Below, piece by piece: positions 25,494 to 34,436 of a stretch of 64,000 nt of DNA (its first letter is position 1; each line of letters begins with the position of its first letter). The stretch lies in contig JAIPGN010000004.1 of NCBI GenBank assembly GCA_021735685.1, positions 959 to 64,958 of the forward strand, written 5' to 3'. Source of the DNA: Patescibacteria group bacterium. GTDB taxonomy: Bacteria; Patescibacteriota; Patescibacteriia; UBA2591; UBA6264. The notes under the pieces are model-generated. The model did not search any database, was not told the DNA's origin, and was given only the letters and a program-made list of their open reading frames with translations. A program made the translations under genes and the position numbers.

Positions 25494-27446
25494 ATGTTTG
25501 ATGAAATTAAAACCGAGGGAAATCAAGATAAAAAAAATTCTGATCAAGGATTGAATCAGAAATCAGCTCCCTCTTTTAAAGCTCCTTCTTCGTCTCCACA
25601 ACCAGAAGTTAATTCAGGCAATTCCTCGTCTCAAAAATCAAAAGAATTTGAAGTTCCAGAATTAATCAAAAAAGATATTTTGAAGAAAGTTGAAGATAGT
25701 CAAGAAAAAAAAGAATCAGTGTCTCCTCAAGAAGAAAAAATTTACGTAATGCCTGATAAATTTAAACAAAATTCTGGATCAGGTTCAGGAAGAAAGGGCA
25801 AGAAAGGAGTAAAAATTTTTTTAATTATTCTTTTTGTGCTTTTGATTGGCGGAGGCGCTTATTATTATTTTTGGTCGCAACAATACATTGAACCCGAAAT
25901 AATTGCTCCAGAAGAAGAGGTAATTCCTGAAGAAGGTGAAGGAGAAGAAGTGTTGCCAGAAGAAGAGGTAATTCCTGAAGAAGGCGAAGGAGAAGAAGTG
26001 TTGCCAGAAGAAGAGTTAATTCCTGAAGAAGAAACTGAGGAAGAATTTTTTGAAGAAACTAATATAGAAATTGAAGTCAGAGATCAAGAAGAGATGTTAA
26101 TTTCCAAATTTAATTTTCTTTTACCGGAAGGTTCTTTAGACGCAGGATCAATAGTAGAGGCTAGCGGGACCTGGGACCAAGAGGAGGTTGCCCTCGGAGA
26201 TGACCTGTATACAGTTTTGGGAGCGATTTATGAAATTGATTCTGAAGCAGATTTAGTTTTTTTGAAAACCGCTAGTTTAGAAATATTATATAATCAAGAA
26301 TTAGTGGAAGATTTTTGGGAAGATGAAATTACTTTAGGCTATCTTAAGAATGAAACTTGGACCCCCTTACTTAGCACTGTTGATTCAGAAGAAAATGTAG
26401 TAAAAACAGAATTAGACTTCTTGCCAGCTAATACTATTGCTTTGATTGTAGAGAAAGATAAATTGATTCCGGAGATTGAGAAATTACAGATTGCGCCCCA
26501 TATTTCTTCCAGCCTAGATGATGATAATGATGGTCTGACCAACATTGAAGAATCTATTTTTGGTTCAGAGCCTAATAACCCAGATACAGATGCCGATGAA
26601 GTCCCAGACGGGCAAGAAGTTCTTAATTTAACCGATCCTCTCCAGTCTGATAATCAGCTATCTACTTCTGGACTAATAAAGGTTTATATTAACCCTACTT
26701 TTTCTTATAGTCTTTTTTATCCTTCTTCTTGGTTAACGCGGCCCATTCCAGAAACGGACAATCAAGAAGTTTTAATCGTTACTAATACTGGTGAATTTTT
26801 TAGCATTAATGTTGAAAATAATCCTGAAGAATTAAGCCCAACTGATTGGTATTTGCGTCAATCTCCTAATCTTGATTCAGAAACTCTTTTAGAGGTAATG
26901 GTCCATGAACAGCCAGCAGTTTGGAGTGCAGATCGCTTAACGATTTATGTGTCTCGACAAGATAAAATTTATCTTTTGTCTTATTTGTTGGGAACCAGCT
27001 CAGAAGCTAACTTCAAAACTACTTTTCAGATGATGATTAATAGTTTTCAGTTTGTTACTCAACCTCAGGGCAGGGCTAATGGAACTTTAGTTAGTTATCC
27101 TGATCAACCAGAAGTTTACTTAATTGAAAATAACAAGAAGCGAGCTTTCATCTCTGGAGAAATTTTTGAAAAATTGGGATTTAACTGGGAAGATGTTATT
27201 GAGATTCCTTTAGAAGAAGAATATGAAGATGGCCAAGATATTGTTGGATACTTAGACGGAACTTTAATTAAGTATCCCGATCAATCAGAGGTTTACTTGA
27301 TTGAAAATAACAAAAAACGTGTTTTTGTTTCGGGAGAAGTTTTTGAGGGTTTAGGATTTAACTGGGAAGATGTCATTGAGATTCCTCTAGAAGAAGAGTA
27401 TGAAGATGGTCCTCCTATTGAAAGTGCAGGTGGGGGCGTTAATTAG
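25494..27446 (+). CDS. Membrane-anchored (single TM, type-II-like) surface protein. It has an acidic PEEEVIPEEGEGEEVL tandem repeat, a DDDNDGLTN...DTDADEVPDGQE calcium-binding-like motif, and two C-terminal ~60-aa repeats of the DGTLIK...VYLIENNKKR type.
   Basis: TM segment VKIFLIILFVLLIGGGAYYYFW after a low-complexity Ser/Lys-rich N-terminus. DNA tandem repeats are at 25909-26030 and 27079-27411. Confidence 0.7.
   Translation: MFDEIKTEGNQDKKNSDQGLNQKSAPSFKAPSSSPQPEVNSGNSSSQKSKEFEVPELIKKDILKKVEDSQEKKESVSPQEEKIYVMPDKFKQNSGSGSGRKGKKGVKIFLIILFVLLIGGGAYYYFWSQQYIEPEIIAPEEEVIPEEGEGEEVLPEEEVIPEEGEGEEVLPEEELIPEEETEEEFFEETNIEIEVRDQEEMLISKFNFLLPEGSLDAGSIVEASGTWDQEEVALGDDLYTVLGAIYEIDSEADLVFLKTASLEILYNQELVEDFWEDEITLGYLKNETWTPLLSTVDSEENVVKTELDFLPANTIALIVEKDKLIPEIEKLQIAPHISSSLDDDNDGLTNIEESIFGSEPNNPDTDADEVPDGQEVLNLTDPLQSDNQLSTSGLIKVYINPTFSYSLFYPSSWLTRPIPETDNQEVLIVTNTGEFFSINVENNPEELSPTDWYLRQSPNLDSETLLEVMVHEQPAVWSADRLTIYVSRQDKIYLLSYLLGTSSEANFKTTFQMMINSFQFVTQPQGRANGTLVSYPDQPEVYLIENNKKRAFISGEIFEKLGFNWEDVIEIPLEEEYEDGQDIVGYLDGTLIKYPDQSEVYLIENNKKRVFVSGEVFEGLGFNWEDVIEIPLEEEYEDGPPIESAGGGVN
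25909..26030 (+). repeat. 45-bp tandem repeat (about 2.7 copies) encoding PEEEVIPEEGEGEEVL
   Basis: CCAGAAGAAGAGGTAATTCCTGAAGAAGGTGAAGGAGAAGAAGTGTTG is repeated head to tail. Confidence 0.85.
27079..27411 (+). repeat. ~180-bp tandem duplication, roughly 85% identical, encoding two copies of the ~60-aa surface repeat
   Basis: GGAACTTTAGTTAGTTATCCTGATCAACCAGAAGTTTACTTAATTGAAAATAAC... recurs at 27259. Confidence 0.8.
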
Positions 27447-27486
27447 TCAAAAAATAAATTTTTCTATTGAATTGATTAAATAAAAT

Positions 27487-28233
27487 ATGAAGAAATTTCT
27501 TCCTATCTTTTTTGTAATTTTATTATTTTATGTTTTGTCTTTTCTTCTTCACGGAGAAAATCTTTTTTTTCTTGTTTTTCGTCCCACCCAAAGGTATCTT
27601 TATGATCATCAGCAAAGCTCGGTAGATGAAAAGAAAATTTGTGAAGATTTGAAAACAGAAAATTTAAAATTAAAGTTTCTTCGTTCGGAAAATGAAATTT
27701 TAAGAGAACATCTCGATTTTTTGACTTCCTCTCAAGATAAATTTATTTTAGCTAATGTTTTAGGTCGCCAACAAGAATCAGAGCTTAATTGGATTATTAT
27801 CAACCAAGGCAGGAAAAAGGGATTAACTCCGGGCTTGGCTGTAGTTGACCAAAAGGGGTCTTTAATTGGAACCATAATTGAAGTTAAAGATTATGTTTCT
27901 TATGTTCGGCCTTTAATTAATTTACACTCTCTAGTGGCTGCTGATGTGATTAGCTTTAATTCTCAGAAAGAAAAAAGTCGTATTACATCTGGGATTATTC
28001 AAGGAGAGTACAATTTAATCTTAAAGATGAAAAATGTCCCACTGAGCAAAGAAGTAAAAATAGGGGATTCGGTGATAACTTCTGGACTAGAAAAAAAGAT
28101 TAGAAGAGGACTTCTTATTGGTGAAATTTTAGAAATAAAAAAGACTCCCAATGATATTTTTCAAGAATTAATAATTGATCCCTTAGGAGATCAGAACCCT
28201 CGAATTGTTTCAGTTTTGCTATTAGCTGATTAA
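27487..28233 (+). CDS. mreC: Rod-shape-determining protein MreC
   Basis: N-terminal TM, coiled coil, then GLTPGLAVVDQKGSLIGTIIEV...YVRPLINLHSLVAADV, typical of the MreC beta-domain. Directly followed by mreD and PBP2. Confidence 0.7.
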   Translation: MKKFLPIFFVILLFYVLSFLLHGENLFFLVFRPTQRYLYDHQQSSVDEKKICEDLKTENLKLKFLRSENEILREHLDFLTSSQDKFILANVLGRQQESELNWIIINQGRKKGLTPGLAVVDQKGSLIGTIIEVKDYVSYVRPLINLHSLVAADVISFNSQKEKSRITSGIIQGEYNLILKMKNVPLSKEVKIGDSVITSGLEKKIRRGLLIGEILEIKKTPNDIFQELIIDPLGDQNPRIVSVLLLAD

Positions 28234-28247
28234 AAAATTATTCTGCT

Positions 28248-28760
28248 ATGAGTAACAACAAAAATATTTTTTCTTTATTTAAAATTGTCGCTTTTGTTTT
28301 TTTAATTATTTTCGTTGTAATTATTTCTGTTTCTTGGCCCCATTTTCCCTTGTCCCTTTCCTTGGTTTTTGTTCTTTTGTTGCTTTGTTTTCTTAAAAAT
28401 TGGAAAACAGGAGTTTGGTTGACAATTGTTTTTGGTGGATTTTTTCTAGATCTATATTCTATCTTTCCCCCTGGGTTTTTTCTTTTAAGCTTAGGTTTTT
28501 TTTATTTGGTTATTAAAAAAATTTCTCGACGTTTTAATGTTAGTTCAGGCAGCGGTTTTTTCTTTTTAATTTTGGGTAGCGCCCTGATTTACAAAATTAT
28601 AATTTTAGCCCTATCTTCAATTTTTTATTTTTTGAAACTTTCTAATCAATTAATCGCTATTAACTATTTTTATTTTTTAGATGTATTTTGGTTTATGATT
28701 GTTAATAGTTTTTTTGTTTTTTTAATTTTAGCGACTTTTAAAGTTTGGTCTCAAAAATAA
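28248..28760 (+). CDS. mreD: Rod-shape-determining protein MreD (putative)
   Basis: 170-aa polytopic membrane protein sitting between mreC and mrdA. Confidence 0.45.
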   Translation: MSNNKNIFSLFKIVAFVFLIIFVVIISVSWPHFPLSLSLVFVLLLLCFLKNWKTGVWLTIVFGGFFLDLYSIFPPGFFLLSLGFFYLVIKKISRRFNVSSGSGFFFLILGSALIYKIIILALSSIFYFLKLSNQLIAINYFYFLDVFWFMIVNSFFVFLILATFKVWSQK

Positions 28761-28770
28761 TTATTTAAAA

Positions 28771-30645
28771 ATGGATGAAATTATTTTTAACAATGATGGT
28801 TTTTCGGACGGTCAAGAGTCTATGTTATCTCCGATCAAGATAAAAAAGATTAATGTTTTTTATTTTTTAATCTTCGTTATTTTTTTTGCTTTGGCAGGGC
28901 GTTTAATTTGGCTACAATTGGTTCGTGGAGAAAAATATCGGATGGCTTCAGAAGGTAATCGAGCTAAAATTGAAATCATTAAAGCTAAAAGAGGACTAGC
29001 TTATGATTCTCAAGGCCTTCCTCTAGTTAAGAATATAGCTTCTTTTTCATTATTAATATCTCCACAAAATTTACCCTTTTTAGAAAATGACCGTCAAGAT
29101 GTTTTCAATTTATTCTTGGAACAAACTGAAGGAATCAAGGGTATTGATCAAGAAGTTAAAGAAAGAATAGAAATTGTTCAGAGAGAGATAAACGAAAATG
29201 TTCTTGAGTCTCAACCTTCTATTGTGGCCAAACGATTAGATTATCAATCTGCCATTGAATTGAAATTAATTACTAACAATTTACCTGGCTTTTCGGTTGA
29301 AGTTAGCGCTCAAAGAGATTATCTTTATGGACCAACTTTGTCGCATATTTTAGGTTATGTGGCGCCGGTAACCAAAGAAGATTTGGCTGAACACAAAGAG
29401 TATCAAGTCGTTGATTTTATTGGTCGCACCGGTTTAGAATTGTATTACGAAAAAGAGTTAAGGGGACATGATGGCAAAAGGGTTATTGAAGTTAATGCTT
29501 TGGGACAAGCAAGAAAAATTATTAACCAAGAAGCTCCTCAGGACGGAGATGATATTATTCTAACTGTTAATTTAGACTTACAACAATATGTAAAGAAAAT
29601 TTTAGAAGAATACATTGAAGAGGCCGATAGTTCAGCTGGCACTATTATTGTTATGGATCCTTCTCAAGGAGAAGTTAAGGCTATGGCTAGTTATCCTTAT
29701 TATGATAATAATATTTTTATTCAATCAGATCAGGAAAGATATCAAGAATTAAGTCAAGATCCAACGAATCCTTTTCTTTTTCGAGCTATTGCCGGAGAAT
29801 ATCCTCCGGGGTCCACTATTAAGCCCTTAATTTCTTTGGCCGGCCTTAAGGAGGGAGTAATTGATGCTCAAACTAGTATTTTTTCCCAAGGAGGAATTAG
29901 GATTGGTCAGTGGTTTTACCCAGATTGGAAGGTTGGTGGGCATGGTTCTACTGATTTAATTAAAGCTTTAGCGGAATCAGTTAACACTTTTTATTATTAT
30001 TTAGGGGGAGGTTTTGAGAATTTCACGGGTCTTGGACCAGAAAAAATTAAAGAAAATCTATCTTTTTTGGGAATAAATCAAAAAACCGGCATTGATTTGC
30101 CTGGAGAAAAAGAGGGCTTTATAGGTTCACCATCCTGGAAGAAAGAAGAAAGAGGGAAGCCTTGGTATATTGGCGACACTTATCATTTATCTATTGGCCA
30201 AGGTTATATTTCAGTTACTCCCTTACAGGTGGCAACTTATACTATGGCTTTAGCTAACGCAGGATCTTATTATCAGCCTCATTTTTTAAAAGGATTCCGC
30301 GACTCAAATCAAAATTTTACGGAAAATAAAGATTTTTATTTTAGGGACTTAACTAATGTCTTTTCTGTTGAAGATTTTAATTTGGTGCGAGAGGGAATGA
30401 GAGCGGCGGTTTTAAAAGGAAGTGCTCGTCGGCTTAATAATTTAGAAGTAACTATAGCTGGCAAGACCGGAACCGCTCAAGTTGATAATCATAATTTGCC
30501 TCACGCTTGGTTTACCGGTTTTGCGCCTTACGAAAATCCAGAAATTGTTGTGGTTGTTTTAATTGAAAACGGGGGAGAGGGTAGCGATTTGGCGGTTTCG
30601 GCAGCTCAGAAAATTTTCTCTTTTTGGTTTGCAGAAAATAAATAA
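28771..30645 (+). CDS. mrdA: Penicillin-binding protein 2 (peptidoglycan D,D-transpeptidase)
   Basis: N-terminal TM, PBP dimerisation region, then SxxK (GSTIKP), SxN (ESVN) and KTG (KTGTAQ) motifs. Confidence 0.9.
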   Translation: MDEIIFNNDGFSDGQESMLSPIKIKKINVFYFLIFVIFFALAGRLIWLQLVRGEKYRMASEGNRAKIEIIKAKRGLAYDSQGLPLVKNIASFSLLISPQNLPFLENDRQDVFNLFLEQTEGIKGIDQEVKERIEIVQREINENVLESQPSIVAKRLDYQSAIELKLITNNLPGFSVEVSAQRDYLYGPTLSHILGYVAPVTKEDLAEHKEYQVVDFIGRTGLELYYEKELRGHDGKRVIEVNALGQARKIINQEAPQDGDDIILTVNLDLQQYVKKILEEYIEEADSSAGTIIVMDPSQGEVKAMASYPYYDNNIFIQSDQERYQELSQDPTNPFLFRAIAGEYPPGSTIKPLISLAGLKEGVIDAQTSIFSQGGIRIGQWFYPDWKVGGHGSTDLIKALAESVNTFYYYLGGGFENFTGLGPEKIKENLSFLGINQKTGIDLPGEKEGFIGSPSWKKEERGKPWYIGDTYHLSIGQGYISVTPLQVATYTMALANAGSYYQPHFLKGFRDSNQNFTENKDFYFRDLTNVFSVEDFNLVREGMRAAVLKGSARRLNNLEVTIAGKTGTAQVDNHNLPHAWFTGFAPYENPEIVVVVLIENGGEGSDLAVSAAQKIFSFWFAENK

Positions 30646-30698
30646 AGTGTTAAAATAATAAGCAAGAGGTCGATTTATAAATTAGTCAATTAATTTAC

Positions 30699-31004
30699 AT
30701 GAATATGAAAAATAAATCTTCTAAATTAATTTTAGGAATAGTTCTTTTGGTTATAGCGATTGTGGTTTGGTTAACCGACCTTACTTCTTATTGGGTTTCT
30801 ATTGCTTTGGCGGCCATTGGTTTAATTTTAATTATTTCTGACTCTTCTTCCCCTTCTTTTGAAGAAAAAAAAGAAGCTCCTTTGGAAACTAAAGAGGAGG
30901 AGCTAATAGAAAAAGAAAACGTGATGGAATCTTCTCCTGACGAAGAGGGCTCAGAAGAGGTTGAAGAAGGCGAAGAAGGCGAAGAAGAAAAGAAAAATTT
31001 TTAA
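30699..31004 (+). CDS. Small membrane protein with an acidic tail (hypothetical)
   Basis: Two TM segments, then an EEGSEEVEEGEEGEEEKK tail. Confidence 0.4.
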   Translation: MNMKNKSSKLILGIVLLVIAIVVWLTDLTSYWVSIALAAIGLILIISDSSSPSFEEKKEAPLETKEEELIEKENVMESSPDEEGSEEVEEGEEGEEEKKNF

Positions 31005-31016
31005 TTTTAATAAAGA

Positions 31017-31967
31017 TTATTTTATAATCTGACTTAAGAATTGAGAATAACCGTTAACAAATTCTTTCCCGTTGATAGTATTTTTTCCGGCTATTTGCAA
31101 TTCTTTGAGGATTAAAGCATCTTTCCCGCAGGCAACTGCGGGAATTTTGTTTTGTAAAAATATAGTGCCCGGTTTTTTTCTATGTTTCATTTTAAGTAAT
31201 TCAACTTTAATAATTGTTATTTTTTTTGTATTCAAAAAACCATAACTTCCCGGCCAGGGACGATAAGCCCGAATTGCTCTTTCTATTTTTTCAGCGGTTT
31301 GATTCCAATCAATTTTTCCGTCTTCTTTTTTTATTTTTTTGGTAAAAGAGGCTAAATTATGATCTTGCTCTTGAGGTTTAATTAAGCCATTTAAGAATTG
31401 CGGGAGAGTTAATAAAAGAATTTCGGTGCTTAATTCAGCTAAAGCCATGTTGAGGCTTGGATAATCCATGCTCTCTACTTTTTGGTCTAATTTTTTTTGA
31501 CTAATAATGGGGCCATGATCCACTTTTTCGTCCATTAAAATTAAAGTAGTGCCAGTTTCGGCGTCATTATCTAAAATAGTTTGTTGCAGGGGAGAAGCGC
31601 CGCGATGGCGAGGAAGAAGCGAAGGATGAACATTAAGACACCCTTGGTAAGGAATAGATAAAATTTTAGAAGGTAAAATTAAACCATAAGCTGCCACTAT
31701 AAATAAGTCAGCTTTTGTTTCTTTCAGTTTTTTCTCAATTTCTTTGTTGTTTTTGAAAGAAACTGGTTGCCAAACAGGTATTTTTGCTTCTTTGGCCATT
31801 TTTTTAACTGGAGAAGGCTGAAGAATCCTTTTTCTTCCTTGGGGTTTATCTGGAGCAGTAATTACAATTTGAGGACAAAAAAGAGAACTCTTAATTAGTT
31901 TTTCTAAAATAAGAGCACTAAACTCGGGCGTACCCATGAAAACGATTTTATGTTTTGTTTTTTTCAT
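31017..31967 (-). CDS. fmt: Methionyl-tRNA formyltransferase
   Basis: FMGTPEFS N-terminus and the HPSLLPRHRGASPLQ catalytic motif; 316 aa. Confidence 0.9.
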   Translation of the reverse strand: MKKTKHKIVFMGTPEFSALILEKLIKSSLFCPQIVITAPDKPQGRKRILQPSPVKKMAKEAKIPVWQPVSFKNNKEIEKKLKETKADLFIVAAYGLILPSKILSIPYQGCLNVHPSLLPRHRGASPLQQTILDNDAETGTTLILMDEKVDHGPIISQKKLDQKVESMDYPSLNMALAELSTEILLLTLPQFLNGLIKPQEQDHNLASFTKKIKKEDGKIDWNQTAEKIERAIRAYRPWPGSYGFLNTKKITIIKVELLKMKHRKKPGTIFLQNKIPAVACGKDALILKELQIAGKNTINGKEFVNGYSQFLSQIIK

Positions 31968-31970
31968 ATA

Positions 31971-31999
31971 TTGACAAAAAGACTTAAAATTGTTTTAAT
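31971..31999 (+). promoter_or_regulatory. Sigma70-like promoter TTGACA-17-TTTAAT for thyX
   Basis: -35 at 31971-31976, -10 at 31994-31999, AAGGAGG RBS, ATG at 32027. Confidence 0.45.
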
Positions 32000-32026
32000 T
32001 TAGATAAATGAAAAAGGAGGACAAAA

Positions 32027-32752
32027 ATGAAGATCCTTAAAAATGCAGGGGGTTTTGAAGTTTTAACCCCTTTTAAAAACCTCAAAAGGCAATTATTGGA
32101 CATAGAGAAAGCCGGTAGAACTTGTTATCAGTCAGAAAAAAAAGAGATAACAGAGGGGTCCGCTAAAAAATTCGTCCAAATGTTGATGAAAAGAGGCCAT
32201 TATAGCGTTTTAGAGCATAGCAACATGACGGTGAAATTCAAAAATATTTCTCGTGGCTTTACTCATGAACAAGTGCGACATAGGCTGACGGCTATTTCTC
32301 AAGAATCTACTAGATATGTAGATTATGCCAAAAAAGGAAAAGGGCCGGATTTAATGAAATTTCAGCTTAAATGTGTAGTCCCTCCACATAGGAACGAGGG
32401 GGAAAACGTAGAGTTGGAAAATGGACGCAAACTATCCCTTAAAGAAATGTTTACAGAAATTGAAGATTTTTACAGAGCCTTGCGTAAAGCTGGCTGGGCA
32501 CCAGAAGACGCGCGTCAGATTTTACCAATCGGCATTAAAGCAGAAATTGTTATATCCGCGAATTTCAGAGAATGGAGACATATCTTTAAAATGCGTACTT
32601 CAAAATTTGCTCATTGGGAAATTAGAAAGGTTATGGGTGATCTTTTGGTAAAAACACAAAGGCTAATACCCGGAGTGTTTGACGACTTTGTTCAAACTGG
32701 AGTGGACCAGAATGGCCTGCGCTACTTTGCCCCTCTCCCTCATAATCCATAA
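32027..32752 (+). CDS. thyX: Flavin-dependent thymidylate synthase ThyX
   Basis: ThyX signature RHR-x7-S (RHRLTAISQESTRY) with HYSVLEH upstream; 241 aa. Confidence 0.85.
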   Translation: MKILKNAGGFEVLTPFKNLKRQLLDIEKAGRTCYQSEKKEITEGSAKKFVQMLMKRGHYSVLEHSNMTVKFKNISRGFTHEQVRHRLTAISQESTRYVDYAKKGKGPDLMKFQLKCVVPPHRNEGENVELENGRKLSLKEMFTEIEDFYRALRKAGWAPEDARQILPIGIKAEIVISANFREWRHIFKMRTSKFAHWEIRKVMGDLLVKTQRLIPGVFDDFVQTGVDQNGLRYFAPLPHNP

Positions 32753-32792
32753 AAAACTTCAGAGAGCTCTAGTTGTTTAATCGCTAGAGCTT

Positions 32793-33254
32793 TTATTTTA
32801 TTATTTTCCACTTAATGTCTTTTTCTTCGCCCACAAATTCATGCCATTCTCCATCTTCATCTATCACAAACCATTTTTTCTTGGTTTGGCTCCAAATCAT
32901 GGGACTACCAGCGTAAAAAGGTTTCTTGACAACTTCTTTGGGCTTTAAGCGGTCTATTTCTAACCATTTTTTAAAAACGGTTTCAATAGCATAATCCAAA
33001 TTGCGAGATTGGGCCCATTTAGCTACACGATCAATAGCTTTTTGAGCTTTTTGAACCGAACCGGCTAAATCTAATAATTGTTTAGCTGGACGGGTAAAGC
33101 GAGAATAAATTATTTTTCGCTTTTTAGCGTTATTTTTTATTTCTTCCAAAGATAAACCTTTAGTATAAAAATAATAATTGACAATTTGTTGAATTTCAGT
33201 TTCTTTCTTTTTTTTAGTAATTTTTCTTTTTCCTTTTTGGGAAGAAATGACCAT
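32793..33254 (-). CDS. Hypothetical basic protein
   Basis: 153 aa, K-rich N-terminus, no recognised family. Confidence 0.45.
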   Translation of the reverse strand: MVISSQKGKRKITKKKKETEIQQIVNYYFYTKGLSLEEIKNNAKKRKIIYSRFTRPAKQLLDLAGSVQKAQKAIDRVAKWAQSRNLDYAIETVFKKWLEIDRLKPKEVVKKPFYAGSPMIWSQTKKKWFVIDEDGEWHEFVGEEKDIKWKIIK

Positions 33255-33356
33255 AAGATTTGATGATAAATTTTTTGTATCTACTTAGATTTATCTATAT
33301 GTCTATTATATTTTACCAAATTCTCTATTTTTTATCCAATCTTTTTGCTTAGGAGT

Positions 33357-33381
33357 TACTTAGGAGCCGAGCTCCTAAGTA
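33357..33381. repeat. 25-bp perfect palindrome TACTTAGGAGC-CGA-GCTCCTAAGTA. A partial third half-site CTTAGGAG sits at 33348. The reverse-complement twin is at 58020.
   Basis: Read directly from the sequence. This copy is not followed by a U-tract on either strand. Confidence 0.85.
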
Positions 33382-33422
33382 ATTAAAAAAGTTTGGAAGC
33401 TCAACCTCCAAGCTTTTAGTGA

Positions 33423-33451
33423 TTTACACAATTGAGGAAAGGTGATAAAAT
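33423..33451 (+). promoter_or_regulatory. Sigma70-like promoter TTTACA-17-TAAAAT for the e2b2-RuBisCO operon
   Basis: -35 at 33423-33428, -10 at 33446-33451, ~50 nt upstream of the ATG at 33502. Confidence 0.45.
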
Positions 33452-33501
33452 ATAAATATATAGTTTTATTTTAAAATAGAATTTTATTTAATTTAGTAAA
33501 T

Positions 33502-34422
33502 ATGGATAATTTAATCCAAAAAACTTTTAAAGATATCAAATCTTTGAAAGTCCAAGGAGCAACTGATGTTGCTATAGCCATTATGCAAGCAATTTCAGAT
33601 TATAGCTCCAGAATCAAAACTAATGATTTATCTGTTTTTAAGGAAAAAATTAAACAAGCAGCTGATTTATTGTTGTCAGCTCGACCCACAGAACCCATGG
33701 CTCAAAATGGCATTAAGGCTGTTTTGTCTCAACTAAAAAAAGAAAATAAGAATTTTATTTTAGCTCAAGATATTGTTCAAAGAACAGCAGAAGATTTTTT
33801 GATAATGATGGCTGATGCTGGAGATTTAGTTGTTAAACACGGAGAAGAATTAATTAAAAATAAAGAAAATATTTTTACTCATTGTCATTCCTGGTTGGTT
33901 GAACAAATTTTAATTAAAGCTTGGCAAAATCAGAAAAAAATTAAAGTTTATAATACTGAAACTCGACCCCTTTTTCAAGGCAGAGTGACGGCCCGAGAAT
34001 TATTAGCTGTGGGGATTCCCACTACTATGGTAGTTGATTCTTCGGCCGGTTTTTTAATTTCTCATCACTCAGGAAAAGAATTAATGATGGATAAAATTAT
34101 TTTAGGAGCAGACGCAATTTTATCTGATGGTTCAGTGATTAATAAAATTGGTAGCTTTACTATCGCCCTGGTAGCTAAACAGGAAGGAGTTCCTCTTTAT
34201 GTAGCTGCTAATTTATTAAAGTTTCACGATCAAATTGAAATAAAGATTGAAGAGCGTTCTCTTCAGGAATTATGGAAGGAGGCCCCTGATGATCTTAAGA
34301 TTATTAATTTTGCTTTTGATCGAATCCCTGCCGAATATATTACGGGTGGTATTATTTGTGAAGAGGGAATTATTAAACCCAAACAAGCAAAAACATTGAC
34401 TCAAAAAAATTATCAGCTTTAA
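33502..34422 (+). CDS. eIF-2B alpha/beta/delta-family isomerase. In this context probably ribose-1,5-bisphosphate isomerase (e2b2); MtnA-like is the alternative.
   Basis: Family pattern ...GADAILSDGSVINKIGSFTIALVAKQEGVPLYVAA...; 14 nt upstream of the RuBisCO gene. Confidence 0.7.
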   Translation: MDNLIQKTFKDIKSLKVQGATDVAIAIMQAISDYSSRIKTNDLSVFKEKIKQAADLLLSARPTEPMAQNGIKAVLSQLKKENKNFILAQDIVQRTAEDFLIMMADAGDLVVKHGEELIKNKENIFTHCHSWLVEQILIKAWQNQKKIKVYNTETRPLFQGRVTARELLAVGIPTTMVVDSSAGFLISHHSGKELMMDKIILGADAILSDGSVINKIGSFTIALVAKQEGVPLYVAANLLKFHDQIEIKIEERSLQELWKEAPDDLKIINFAFDRIPAEYITGGIICEEGIIKPKQAKTLTQKNYQL

Positions 34423-34436
34423 TTTAAAAAAATTTT

